Made by a program: the position numbers and the translations under genes. Below are positions 6,266 to 16,364 of a stretch of 33,316 nt of DNA, piece after piece; positions within the stretch are counted from its first letter, which is position 1, and every line of letters begins with the position of its first letter. This DNA comes from Candidatus Eiseniibacteriota bacterium. Lineage in GTDB: Bacteria; Joyebacterota; Joyebacteria; Joyebacterales; Joyebacteraceae. Below the pieces are notes generated by a model that saw only the letters and a program-made list of their open reading frames with translations, made no database searches and was not told where the DNA came from. The DNA lies in NCBI GenBank assembly GCA_043819135.1, contig JBDRFG010000100.1, positions 1 through 33,316 on the forward strand, written 5' to 3'.

Positions 6266-9200
6266 ATGGCATCGAACCTGTCTCCAGGACGGCGACTGCA
6301 ACCCCGGCGCACTGCCTTAGTGACAGTACGCCGGGGCGGCCGGACGGTTCCCATGACCAAGCAATGCGTGCCTTTCCTCGTGGTGGTGGGAGTACTGTGT
6401 GCTGCGTTCATACACGCAGCCGACGCCCACGAGCGCGATGGCCCGCTGGTCATCGGCACCGAGCTTGACCACCCCCCGTACTCATTCCTCGACGAGAATG
6501 GTGAGGCCGCGGGCTTCAATGTGGACCTCACGCGAGCCATCGCCGTGGCCATGGAGCTGGACGTCGAGGTCAGGATCGGACCCTTGAGAGAGATGCTCCA
6601 GGCCCTCGAGCGCGGCGAGATCGACGCCATTGCCGGCATGTTCTACTCGCCGGAACGCGACAAGCTCATGGATTTCTCGCCCCCGTTCGCGACTATCCAC
6701 CACGCCACCTTCATCCGCAGCGGCTCACCCACCATCGAGACCGAAGATGACCTTCGCGGCAAGGACATCATCGTCATGCGCGGCGACATCATGCACGACT
6801 ACGTGCTGGAGCACCGCCTGAGCGACTCACCCGTGCTCGTGGACACACCTGGCGAAGCTCTGCAACAACTCGCCTCCGGCAAGCATGACTGCGCCCTCGT
6901 GGCCAGGCTCCAAGGACTCCACCAGGTGAGAGTACTGGAGCTGTCCAACATCGAGGTCGTGGGACCTGCGCTGCACCAGTCCGACTACAGCTACGCCGTG
7001 ATAGATGGCGACGCTGAGCTGCTGGGGCATCTGAGCGAAGGTCTGGCGGTCGTCGGGGAGACCGGCACGCACAAGAACATCCATGACAAGTGGTTGGGCG
7101 TGCTCGAGCCGCGAGGCGTTCCCCTGAGTGTTGCCTGGAGATTCATCGCCTACACCGCCGTGCCACTCCTCTTGCTTCTGGCGTCAGTAGTGGTTTGGTC
7201 GCGCTCGCTCAAGAGACAGGTCAAGAGGCGCACGCGGGCACTGCAAGAGAGCGAGCAGCGCCTGGCGCGCATCAATCAGGTGCTGGCCGCCGTCCGCAAG
7301 GTCGACCAGCTCATCACTCACGAGATGGACAGGGACAGGCTGCTGGATGGGGCGTGCCGGCTGCTGGTCGAAACGCCCGGCTTTGCCCGCGCCTGGATCG
7401 CTCTTGTGGAGGGCTCTGAGGTTGTAGGACCGATCTTTCACGCCGGGTTCGACCGCGGCTTTGCTCCCTTGGAAGTGCATGTCAGGTCGGGTCATCTTCC
7501 GAACTGCGGCGTTCGGGCTCTCGGTCAAGGCGGAGTGCACGTGATGGAGAACACTCTCGATCAGTGCAACGATTGCCCGATGGCGCCGGAATCCGCCGAC
7601 GGAACCGCGATGAGCGTTCGTCTGGAAAGTGCCAGCCAGGCGTACGGTTGGCTGACGCTGTACATTCCGCCGGAGTATGCCCGGAATCCGGAGGAGCAAT
7701 CGCTTCTGGCCGAAGTGGCCGGCGACCTGGCTTCTGCCCTGCGCGGGATCGAGGATGCCGGAGCGCTGAGCTTTGCCACCGACATCGTCGACAGCAGTTC
7801 GGCTGTGGCGTTTGTCTGGGAGAACGCGGAGGGCTGGCCTGTGCTGTATGCGTCTGAGAACGCGGAGCGTATCTTTGGATTCGCGGCCAGGGACTTCGTT
7901 TCAGGCGCCGTGCCTTATGCGGACGTTGTGCATCCCGACGACATGGAGCGCGTCACACGGGAAGTGACTTCATCCAGCGCGGACCGGACGGCGAACACGG
8001 TGGCGCACACGCCATACCGAATCGTCACGCGAGACGGAAACGTCAGGTGGGTTGATGACATGACAACGATCCAGCGGGCGAAGGATGGCCGCGTGGAGAC
8101 ATATCGCGGAATCCTGCTGGATATCACCGGACGCAGGCTGGCGGAGGAAGCGCTCCGGAGGAGTCAGGAGCGCTACCTGGGTGTGTTCGAGAGCACGAGC
8201 AGCGGCGTGGCGGTCTACGAAGCCGTGGACGATGGAGAGGACTTCGTCTTCCGGGATCTCAACACCCGTGGGGAGCAAATAGACGGCGTCGCCCGGAAGG
8301 ACCTGATCGGGAAGCGAGTGACCGAGGTATTCCCCGGCGTTGTACAATTCGGGCTGCTGGATGTCTTCCGCCGCGTCTGGCGAGTGGGGAAGCCGGAATG
8401 TTACCCGATCAAGCGGTACGAGGACGCTCGGATCAAGGGATGGCGTGAGAACTACATCTACCGCCTCAGTAGCGGAGAGATCGTAGCCGTCTACGAGGAC
8501 GCCACTAACCGCAAGTTGTCCGAGCAGTCGTTGCGCGAAAGCGAGGAACGCTACCGCCTGCTGGCCGACAACGCGACCGACAACATCTGGATCGTGCGCC
8601 TATCCGACATGCGGGTTACCTACACCAGCCCGGCAGTGAAAGCACTGCTCGGGTACTCGCCGGAGGAGATGCTGGAGCTGGAGATTTCGGACTACGTCCC
8701 GGCAGAGTCCATGGGCGCGGTGACCGCAGCGGTCCATGAAGCACTGGGAAGGTGGGATCCATCTGGCGCGGATGCCGGTGCGGTCCGGGTCCTGGAGTTA
8801 GAGCTGCTCCACAAGAACGGCAAGAGAGTCTGGGTGGAGATGAGCGCCCGTCTCTTGGTGGACGACGTCGGGTGGCCCGATCGGATCCTCGGAATCAGCC
8901 GCGACATAGCCGAGCGCAAGCAGGCGGACGAGGAACGGAAGAGACTCGTTCACGCTCAGGGAAAACGCATCAAGGAACTCCATTGTCTGAACGGGCTGGC
9001 TAAGGCCATTCGCCGGCCTGAGAGCCTGGAGAACGTCCTGCAGATTACTGTCGAACTGATGTCTACCGCCTGGCAGTACCCGGAGATTTCGAGGGCGCGG
9101 ATTACTTACGACGGCAAGGAGTTCGTCTCGGAGCCGTTTGAGGAACCCAGTTGGCGCCTGTCGAGTGAGTTTCTGGCGGGCGACAAGCGAGGCATCGTGG

Positions 9201-10573
9201 ATATGTTCTACCTGGAGGAGCAGCCCGAGGAGGACGAGGGACCGTTCCTCAAGGAAGAGCGTGACCTTCTGGACAGCATCGCCCGCTTGCTCGGAGAGGT
9301 GGCGGAAGGGGAACAGACGAGAGACGAGAAAGCCCACGTGGAGGAGCAGTACCGTCAGGGCCAGAGGATGGAGTCCATCGGCCGACTGGCCGGCGGGATT
9401 GCCCATGATCTTAACAACCTGCTTACCCCGATTCTCGGCTACGGTGAGATGCTGCAGGAGAAGCTCGGCCTCGGTGATGTGCGGCGGGAATTCGTAGACG
9501 AGATCATCAGGGCGGGTCTTGGAGCCCGGGACCTGGTGCAGCACCTCCTGGCCTTCAGCCGCAAGCAGACCCTGGAGTACAAGACGCTGGATCTGAGCGA
9601 CACCGTTGCGGGATTCGAGAAGCTGCTCCGAAGCTCAATCCGGGAGGATATCGAGATCAAGACCATCCTGTCACCTGATGTCAAGACGATCCAGGCGGAT
9701 GTCGGCCAGATAGAGCAGGTCATCATGAACCTGGCGGTCAACGCCCAGGATGCCACGTCCGGCAGCGGGACGCTGACAATCGAGACGTCAGCGGCAGACC
9801 TACGTGAAGGCTGTGTGGCGAAGCATCACGACGTGACGCCCGGCGAATACGCCATACTGGCTGTCAGCGACACGGGGTGTGGCATGGATGACGAGACCCT
9901 CAAGCAGGTCTTCGAGCCGTTCTTCTCCACAAAGGGTGACAAGGGCACCGGCCTGGGCCTCGCCACCGTCTACGGCATCGTCAAGCAGCACGGGGGCCAC
10001 ATCTGGGTGTGTAGTGAGCCAGGTAAGGGCACGATCTTCAGGATCGGCTTGCCCGTCTCGAGGGAAACGTCTGCCGGGAAAACGCCCGTCAAGCGGGAGA
10101 TCGGCGAGGTGACAGCCGCCGACCCGGGAGGCTCCGAGACCATTCTGCTGGCGGAGGACAACGAGCAGCTCCGTGTGCTTGCCCGGACCCTTCTTGAACG
10201 CCTGGGCTACACGGTCCTGCTCGCGGCCGACGGCGAGACGGCACTGACGGTCATGGGGCAACACGAGGGCACCGTGGACCTGCTGCTGACCGATGTGGTC
10301 ATGCCAGGGATGAACGGCAGGGAGCTCTTCGCCAGAAGCGCCGAGAAGTACCCGGGCCTGAAGGTGCTCTACATGTCCGGCTACCCCCGCGACGTGCTCA
10401 CCCACGAAGACATTCTTGATGAGGGTATCACCACCTTCGTCCGTAAGCCCTTCTCCATTCACACCCTGGCTGTCAACGTCAGGGAGGCGCTGGAGCAGGT
10501 TGAGGGGATTGGACTTGATGGCGCGTCCGCCGATCAGCACGCGACGGCGTCCTCACGCGACGGCGTCCTGTAG
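6266..10573 (+). CDS. Membrane hybrid sensor histidine kinase: solute-binding (family 3) domain, TM, GAF, 3 PAS, GAF-like, HisKA, HATPase, REC
   Basis: GTELDHPPYSFLDENGEAAGFNVDL is SBP_bac_3-like, followed by TM FIAYTAVPLLLLLASVVVW and PAS repeats. H-box LAGGIAHDLNN, NLAVNAQDA, DTGCGM, GTGLGL; REC LLLTDVVMPGMNG. AAGGAG precedes 6263/6266; alternative ATG 6353 starts directly at a signal peptide. Confidence 0.93.
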   Translation: MASNLSPGRRLQPRRTALVTVRRGGRTVPMTKQCVPFLVVVGVLCAAFIHAADAHERDGPLVIGTELDHPPYSFLDENGEAAGFNVDLTRAIAVAMELDVEVRIGPLREMLQALERGEIDAIAGMFYSPERDKLMDFSPPFATIHHATFIRSGSPTIETEDDLRGKDIIVMRGDIMHDYVLEHRLSDSPVLVDTPGEALQQLASGKHDCALVARLQGLHQVRVLELSNIEVVGPALHQSDYSYAVIDGDAELLGHLSEGLAVVGETGTHKNIHDKWLGVLEPRGVPLSVAWRFIAYTAVPLLLLLASVVVWSRSLKRQVKRRTRALQESEQRLARINQVLAAVRKVDQLITHEMDRDRLLDGACRLLVETPGFARAWIALVEGSEVVGPIFHAGFDRGFAPLEVHVRSGHLPNCGVRALGQGGVHVMENTLDQCNDCPMAPESADGTAMSVRLESASQAYGWLTLYIPPEYARNPEEQSLLAEVAGDLASALRGIEDAGALSFATDIVDSSSAVAFVWENAEGWPVLYASENAERIFGFAARDFVSGAVPYADVVHPDDMERVTREVTSSSADRTANTVAHTPYRIVTRDGNVRWVDDMTTIQRAKDGRVETYRGILLDITGRRLAEEALRRSQERYLGVFESTSSGVAVYEAVDDGEDFVFRDLNTRGEQIDGVARKDLIGKRVTEVFPGVVQFGLLDVFRRVWRVGKPECYPIKRYEDARIKGWRENYIYRLSSGEIVAVYEDATNRKLSEQSLRESEERYRLLADNATDNIWIVRLSDMRVTYTSPAVKALLGYSPEEMLELEISDYVPAESMGAVTAAVHEALGRWDPSGADAGAVRVLELELLHKNGKRVWVEMSARLLVDDVGWPDRILGISRDIAERKQADEERKRLVHAQGKRIKELHCLNGLAKAIRRPESLENVLQITVELMSTAWQYPEISRARITYDGKEFVSEPFEEPSWRLSSEFLAGDKRGIVDMFYLEEQPEEDEGPFLKEERDLLDSIARLLGEVAEGEQTRDEKAHVEEQYRQGQRMESIGRLAGGIAHDLNNLLTPILGYGEMLQEKLGLGDVRREFVDEIIRAGLGARDLVQHLLAFSRKQTLEYKTLDLSDTVAGFEKLLRSSIREDIEIKTILSPDVKTIQADVGQIEQVIMNLAVNAQDATSGSGTLTIETSAADLREGCVAKHHDVTPGEYAILAVSDTGCGMDDETLKQVFEPFFSTKGDKGTGLGLATVYGIVKQHGGHIWVCSEPGKGTIFRIGLPVSRETSAGKTPVKREIGEVTAADPGGSETILLAEDNEQLRVLARTLLERLGYTVLLAADGETALTVMGQHEGTVDLLLTDVVMPGMNGRELFARSAEKYPGLKVLYMSGYPRDVLTHEDILDEGITTFVRKPFSIHTLAVNVREALEQVEGIGLDGASADQHATASSRDGVL

Positions 10574-13222
10574 GGCCAGGAGAAGCGTCGATATGGAGTA
10601 GGGTTTCCGCAGACAGACGAAGTCTGGGCACTCGTCGCCGTTGGTCCTGAGCGATTCCCCGGCGTAGCCGGTGGTGAGAAGCACTCTGAGCTCGGGCTTG
10701 CGCTCCATCAGCCTGCAGGCAAGCTCCGGGCCCGTGCCGTCGGGGAGCATCACGTCGCTGAAGAGCAGGTGGAAGTCACCGTTCTGTGACTCGAACTGGA
10801 CCAATGCCTCTGCCATGCCGCCCGCGTCGAAGACCTGGTAACCGTGCCCGGCGAGCGCCTCACGAAAGAGGCGGCGGATCATCCCGTCATCTTCGACGAG
10901 CAGTATCCGTTTCCCCTCACCGCTCGCGGCGACACGACTCCCGGGCTCGTCGATGATGGGCGCATCCGGGAAATCCGACGATGCAGGTATGTAGATTCCC
11001 AAGGCCGTTCCCTCGCCGGGCTCGCTTTGCACACAGATCCAGCCTCTGTGCTGGTCGACGATCCCGTGCACGACCGCCAGCCCCATTCCGGACCCTCCAC
11101 TCCCGTCCCTCGTCGTGTAGAACGGCTCGAAGATGCGGTCGAGAACCGCGGCGCTCATGCCAACGCCGGTATCGCGGACGCTCAGCACGACGAAACGCCC
11201 TTCTCTTCCTCCCGGCATCCCGACGACATCGTCTGCTTCCAGGGTGACGTTCTCTGTGGACAGCGCGAACTTCCCGCCGTCCGGCATCGCGTTCTTCGCG
11301 TTCACCGCGAGGTTCATAATCACCTGGCCGATGTTCCCGGCGTCGGCACTGATCGCCCACAGCTTCTCCTGCGGGCTGAACGATACCTTGATGGACTCGC
11401 CTATGGTGCGGGACAGGAGTCCGATAACGTCCGTGATGCTGCGATTGAGATCCATCGGCCTCATGTCCGATGCTTGGCCGCGTCCGACGATCAGCAACTG
11501 CCTCGTGAGCTCGGCCGCTCTCCTGCTGGTTCTCACGATCTGCTCGACCTCGGCGCGCCCCTGGGATTCCTCGGCCATCTTCCCCAGCGTGATGTCGGCG
11601 TACGCGTCGATCACCGTCAGTAGGTTGTTGAAGTCGTGCGCGACACCTGCCGCGAGTTGACCGACGGCCTCGAGCCTCTGCGACTTCATCATGTGCTTGC
11701 GTATCGCCCGGCTCTCCTTCTCCGCACGGACCCGGTCGGTCACGTCCCTGCAGTTGAGCAGGAACCCGTTCACGACGGAGTCGGCGCGTCCATCTGTGAA
11801 GCTGGCCTCGATACTTCGCCACGAGCCGTCCGAATGCCTCATCCGGATCACGATCTGCGGCACTTCGGCGCCGGAGTCGCCCGCAAGCTGCAGGAGTGTC
11901 TGAGCCGCGGCAAGGTCGTCCGGATGGACGAACGACATGGAGCTTGTTCCCACGAGCCCGACTGGGTCGTGGCCCAGAATGGTCGTCATCGAGGGGCTCG
12001 CGTAGCTGATGTTCATGTCAGGGCCGATAATGAGGGTTATGTCCGAACTGCGCTCCACGAGCGCGCGGAACCGTCCGGAGGCGTACTCGAGTTCACGCTC
12101 CGTCTCCACGCGTTCCGTCACGTTGCGGGCGACTCTGGAGACGGCGGTCACGTGGCCGAGTTCGTTTCTGACAGGGCTGAGCGCTGCCGAATACGTCAGG
12201 GTCTCTCCGCCTCCTGTGACGAAGTGCTCCTCGACGGTCGCCCTCTCGCCGCTGGCACCCACGCGAACGACGCGCTCCTCGAAGGCGGGTCCGTCCAAGA
12301 AGCCGAGGTGCTCCGACAGCCGCGCACCGGCGAGCTGTTCTGTGGAGACCGCGAACCGCGATGGTCCCGCGTAGTAGAGCACCCTGCCCTCGAGGTCGTG
12401 AAGCGAGATCATGTCTCCGGCGCCCTCGAGTAGGGTGTGGAGTCTCTCAATGTTCGTCCGCGCGTCATTCTCTGCGAGCACGCGTTCAGTGCAGTCCCTG
12501 ATCACGACCACGACTGCCACCGGCTCACCGGCGTCGTTGCGTATGGGCGACCCGCTCACCTCGCAGACGAATCTACTGGCGTCCTCACGCAGGGCAGTGT
12601 AGACGACGTTTCTTACATTCTCCCCGGATGCCACCCGACCCAGGTCCCCGCGCGCCCGCGCGCGGTCTGCCGGTGCCAGAAGGTCTATGGCGTTCGTGCC
12701 GAGCATCACATCCTCGTTCTCGTTCCCGAACATCTCCAGGGCGTGCGGCGACGAGTAGAGGGTCGCCCCGTCGAGTGCCATGACGACGATCCCGTCGGGG
12801 GACGTTTCAGCGATGGTCCTATAGAGGTCCATTGACCTGAATTCGTGAGTGACCGCGGCCCTGCGGTCGTGGGCGCGGCCGAAGGCGGCGTTGAGCGCCG
12901 CTTCGTCGTCTGGAGTGATGACTCTGACGGACTGGGGAAGGGGTTCGTCGTCGAGGCGTGCCGCCATCTCGTCGGTGGCCACCAGGATCACTGCGACCGC
13001 CCGGGCCTTCGTGTCGGACCGCAGCTCTGAGAGGATCGCATCGAGCTCGGGTCCCGACGAGCAGTCGCTCAGAATGGCGTCGGGCCCGAGCCGAAGGGCT
13101 AGGTCCTGCGCCTCTTCGTACGAGCAGGCGGTAGCGGCCACACAGTGTCCCATCGCGGTGACGCGCTCCGAGAGATTCGTGAGGGATTCCGTGCTGTCAC
13201 CCAGTACCACCACGCTAAGCAT
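10553..13222 (-). CDS. Cytoplasmic hybrid histidine kinase: degenerate REC, 3 PAS, HisKA, HATPase, REC
   Basis: H-box LAAGVAHDFNN, NLAVNAKNAM, DTGVGM, GSGMGL; C-terminal REC LLFSDVMLPDG. Likely start is ATG 13222 (MLSVVVLGD), because the ORF-track extension overlaps the next gene. Confidence 0.92.
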   Translation of the reverse strand: MLSVVVLGDSTESLTNLSERVTAMGHCVAATACSYEEAQDLALRLGPDAILSDCSSGPELDAILSELRSDTKARAVAVILVATDEMAARLDDEPLPQSVRVITPDDEAALNAAFGRAHDRRAAVTHEFRSMDLYRTIAETSPDGIVVMALDGATLYSSPHALEMFGNENEDVMLGTNAIDLLAPADRARARGDLGRVASGENVRNVVYTALREDASRFVCEVSGSPIRNDAGEPVAVVVVIRDCTERVLAENDARTNIERLHTLLEGAGDMISLHDLEGRVLYYAGPSRFAVSTEQLAGARLSEHLGFLDGPAFEERVVRVGASGERATVEEHFVTGGGETLTYSAALSPVRNELGHVTAVSRVARNVTERVETERELEYASGRFRALVERSSDITLIIGPDMNISYASPSMTTILGHDPVGLVGTSSMSFVHPDDLAAAQTLLQLAGDSGAEVPQIVIRMRHSDGSWRSIEASFTDGRADSVVNGFLLNCRDVTDRVRAEKESRAIRKHMMKSQRLEAVGQLAAGVAHDFNNLLTVIDAYADITLGKMAEESQGRAEVEQIVRTSRRAAELTRQLLIVGRGQASDMRPMDLNRSITDVIGLLSRTIGESIKVSFSPQEKLWAISADAGNIGQVIMNLAVNAKNAMPDGGKFALSTENVTLEADDVVGMPGGREGRFVVLSVRDTGVGMSAAVLDRIFEPFYTTRDGSGGSGMGLAVVHGIVDQHRGWICVQSEPGEGTALGIYIPASSDFPDAPIIDEPGSRVAASGEGKRILLVEDDGMIRRLFREALAGHGYQVFDAGGMAEALVQFESQNGDFHLLFSDVMLPDGTGPELACRLMERKPELRVLLTTGYAGESLRTNGDECPDFVCLRKPYSISTLLLALQDAVA

Positions 13223-13391
13223 TGTTGCGCCCCCAGGAATGGCCCGCCGAGAAACCGATGATGACGTCAGTGTCGTACGACTCGTGTACGTGCACATTGT
13301 GCGCCCGGCGGTGAACTCAACAAGGCAAAATGAACGCAAAGGTGCGCCCTGTCGAAGGAATGTAGCCGGGTGTGAAGGGGGGGGGCGGACG

Positions 13392-14147
13392 TCAGACCTG
13401 TCGCCTGTGTCCCGCGAGCGTGGCCGCAGAGACTCCAATGCCGCGCGCCAGCACTCCGGCGACGCGATTGACGGCGGAACGCGACACCATCTTGACGGCG
13501 TCGTCGAAGGTGATGAATCGAGACCGCTTACGTTCGACGAAGCTGAGGGCCCGCCCAAGGTCGCCGCGCGACATCGTATTCAGATGAAGGCAGATGGTCC
13601 ACACCCCGATCGGTATCGGCGGCCTCGCTCGCGCGGCGAAGAGCTGAGGGACATGCGTGAGTCCGTTCGCTTCGTAGGGATAGAGAGCGAAGCCGTCCGA
13701 CATTGCCTCGAAGCCGCACTCAAGAAGCGCGCGCTCCGTGTCGCGGTCGTAGGAGTGCCACGGAGCCACGAACGCGTTCGTGCGGATCCGTCTGTCGAGA
13801 AGCGCGTCCCGCCCGCTCGTGACCCGCTCGAGCTGATCTTCGAAAGGTAGTCCTGCGAACTCGCTCTGGCGGTTGAGGCCGAGCGTTCCACCGTTCAGGG
13901 TGTTCGGGAGGTGCTGGTAGCCGTGCATCGCGATCTTCCAGCCGCGTTCGTCCAGCTCGCGGATCTCGCCCCAGAAGTTGCCGGGGGGTGGCGGGTAGCT
14001 CAGGAGGAATGGATCCCTGTTGTCGGGCACCACCGCGGCAAGGGGGAAGACGCCCAGGTGCTCCACAGCCAGCCTGAGGCGGTCGAAGTTCTCCCAGTCC
14101 ATGTTCGGCGCCACGTCGTCCAGGCGGAGGATGTAGTTGACGGCCAC
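13392..14147 (-). CDS. DUF2334-like / CE4-fold polysaccharide deacetylase
   Basis: YILRLDDVAP...AVVPDNRD...IAMHGYQH...SEFAGL...FVAPWHSYD...CLH. GGAG RBS precedes the GTG. Confidence 0.8.
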   Translation of the reverse strand: MAVNYILRLDDVAPNMDWENFDRLRLAVEHLGVFPLAAVVPDNRDPFLLSYPPPPGNFWGEIRELDERGWKIAMHGYQHLPNTLNGGTLGLNRQSEFAGLPFEDQLERVTSGRDALLDRRIRTNAFVAPWHSYDRDTERALLECGFEAMSDGFALYPYEANGLTHVPQLFAARARPPIPIGVWTICLHLNTMSRGDLGRALSFVERKRSRFITFDDAVKMVSRSAVNRVAGVLARGIGVSAATLAGHRRQV

Positions 14148-14151
14148 GTCG

Positions 14152-15135
14152 TTACTCCGATGTTTGCGCGTCGTGCGAAGGGCGCTCGTTTCGGCGCACG
14201 CCCTGCAGGAACATGCTGCTCGTCGTCAGGTCTTCGTCACTCAGTTCTCTGAATTCGGGGGCCAGTCTCTCACGGTTGATGGCCGACTCACGGCGAACCG
14301 TCTCGTCGTGTACGACCTCGAATCCGGCGCCTGCGAACGCTACCAGGTACGCCGAGTGCGGTTGCCTGTTGAGAAACCAGTGCCTGTTCCCGCGCATCAG
14401 CTTCCAGAGAAGGCTCGGGTAGGCCCAGTGTCCGTTCCACTCCGGTGCTCTGCCAATGGCCGACAGGTCGACCTCGTGAGAAGCCAGGCCGCCAGCGACA
14501 AGCCACGAGAGCATGTCGTCGGCCGCCGACCTCAGGTCCGTTACGTTCTGGAGCACCGACTGCGACAGCACCATGTCCACGGACTCGTTCTCGGGCGCGC
14601 TCGAGCGGCACCACGGGGCCTTGTAAGAGACGCTAACCCCCGCTTCGGGTACGGCATCGCGCTCCGCCACGGCCCGCGTGACTGCGTCGATCCGGGCAGG
14701 GTCCAGCGCGGCCTCGAGGGCCTTTTCGGTCAGGATCTCGGTCGGGAACGCGTAAGACCCGAGGCGGGGTCTGGTCCTGGGAAACTCGGCGTCTCCGGGG
14801 ATCGCTTCGCGTCGCTGCAGCAGCTCAACGAGTTCCCCCAGTATTCGCAGGTCGTCCTCCGGTGTCGCGTATCGGACCGCGTCGAGGGCGCAGTAGCTCT
14901 CCGTTCCCGAGAGAAGTGCGGCGATGCCCACACCGAGTGAATCCCCGGGACCCAGTTCCACCAGTACTCGGGGAGGCGCCGGCCGCAGGCCGTTCCGGTG
15001 CGCCAGCACCAGATGCCTCATCCACACGGAGTAGCAGTACCGCGCGTCGTCGGTGCCGCCTGTACCTCGCTGCATCATCCCGCGTACTCCGGGAATGTAC
15101 GAGAGCATTCCCGCCAGCACCTGTCTTCCTACCAA
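14152..15135 (-). CDS. Class I SAM-dependent methyltransferase-like protein
   Basis: VLVELGPGDSLG (motif I), SVDMVLSQSVLQNV and L.AGGL.SHEVDL. TTG at 15135 follows GGAGG (ORF track start is 15201). Confidence 0.72.
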   Translation of the reverse strand: MVGRQVLAGMLSYIPGVRGMMQRGTGGTDDARYCYSVWMRHLVLAHRNGLRPAPPRVLVELGPGDSLGVGIAALLSGTESYCALDAVRYATPEDDLRILGELVELLQRREAIPGDAEFPRTRPRLGSYAFPTEILTEKALEAALDPARIDAVTRAVAERDAVPEAGVSVSYKAPWCRSSAPENESVDMVLSQSVLQNVTDLRSAADDMLSWLVAGGLASHEVDLSAIGRAPEWNGHWAYPSLLWKLMRGNRHWFLNRQPHSAYLVAFAGAGFEVVHDETVRRESAINRERLAPEFRELSDEDLTTSSMFLQGVRRNERPSHDAQTSE

Positions 15136-15350
15136 GAGTCGTACCTCCGGTATCCACTCCCCGCAACCGGGGGATCGTCGGGAGGACGTTCCGGTTCGCA
15201 CTATACCCCGCGTGCCTGAACCCTGTGAGCGTCCCTGACGTAAACATTGCGGCGCGCCAATCTAAGCGGGTGTTCGGGCGAGCCGCGTCGTAATGGCGTG
15301 CTAGGGTGCCGTGCATGAGGATGCTCGACCATGATCCTGAGAGTGCTGCC

Positions 15351-16310
15351 ATGACCGCATCGGATGTGTCGGTCGTCATTCCCTACTACAATGGGGCGCG
15401 CTTCATCGCGCGCGCTCTTGACACCGTTCTCGGGCAGACCATGGGAGCGCCACACGTGGTCATTGTTGACGACGGGTCCGTCGAGGGTCCGTCCCGGCAC
15501 ATACGGCGCTACCTCGACTCCGGCCAGGCGACGTTGCTCACGCACGCCACCAACAGAGGCATCGCAGCGGCGCGGAACACCGGGCTCGATGCGTCCCGCT
15601 CCCGCTTTGTCGCGTTTCTGGATCAGGACGACACGTGGTTGCCGCGGAAGCTGGAGCTGCAGTTGCCTCTGCTGGATGAGTCCGGACGCGGCGTCGGTCT
15701 CATCTTCGGTGACCTCGGCGAAGCCGACCTCCAGGGTAGAGTCAGGGAGTTCGTTCCTCGCGGACGGATCCCGTCCGATCTCAACGACCTGAGCGGCTCC
15801 GACCAGCTGTCGGCGCTCTTCACCGGCAACTTCATCTCACTGATAGCCTCTCTTGTCCGGCGTGAATGCGTGGACGATGTCGGGCACTTCGACGAGCGCA
15901 TCAGGGGAGGGGCCGACGACTACGAGTTCTGCCTGAGGCTGACCGCGCGGTACCGCATCATGCACCGACATGGGGTCGTTGCCACCCACTGGACGCACGG
16001 CGACAACTACTCGACCGACCTCGAACGGTTGACCGCGGACAACTTCAGGTTCCTCGCGGAGGTCGCCTCCCGACACCCGTTCCTGGGTTGTCGGCTGGAG
16101 CGGCGCCTGGCCAGACTTCACCACGACCTGGGCAAGCACTACCTGTATTCGGGTGACACGGCCAAAGCGGTCGAGTCACTGAGCGAGGCCGCCAGGGGGG
16201 GTGAGGACTCACCCGCCCTTCGGCTGGCAATGCTTCTGTCTCAACTGGGAGCTGCTGGAAGCTGGGCGTTTCGCGCTCGCCGCATGATGACACGCAGGCT
16301 GGCGCGGTAG
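15351..16310 (+). CDS. Glycosyltransferase family 2
   Basis: VSVVIPYYNG...VIVDDGS...NRGIAAARNTG...VAFLDQDDTWLPRKLE...DDYEF. Confidence 0.93.
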   Translation: MTASDVSVVIPYYNGARFIARALDTVLGQTMGAPHVVIVDDGSVEGPSRHIRRYLDSGQATLLTHATNRGIAAARNTGLDASRSRFVAFLDQDDTWLPRKLELQLPLLDESGRGVGLIFGDLGEADLQGRVREFVPRGRIPSDLNDLSGSDQLSALFTGNFISLIASLVRRECVDDVGHFDERIRGGADDYEFCLRLTARYRIMHRHGVVATHWTHGDNYSTDLERLTADNFRFLAEVASRHPFLGCRLERRLARLHHDLGKHYLYSGDTAKAVESLSEAARGGEDSPALRLAMLLSQLGAAGSWAFRARRMMTRRLAR

Positions 16311-16364
16311 GCGAATCGCTCCTTCCCGGACGCCGTTCACGACAGGAGGGGAGAACGCGGTCGA

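Noticed and set aside
13322..13372. GGCAAA...ACGCAAA...GTAGCCGGG resembling a c-di-GMP-I riboswitch
   Set aside because: There is no P2 hairpin or GNRA loop between the motifs, and it is on the strand opposite the flanking genes.
13223..13558. N-terminal 112 aa of the 1001-aa ORF
   Set aside because: It is not domain-like and overlaps the DUF2334 gene. The receiver-like fold starts at 13222.
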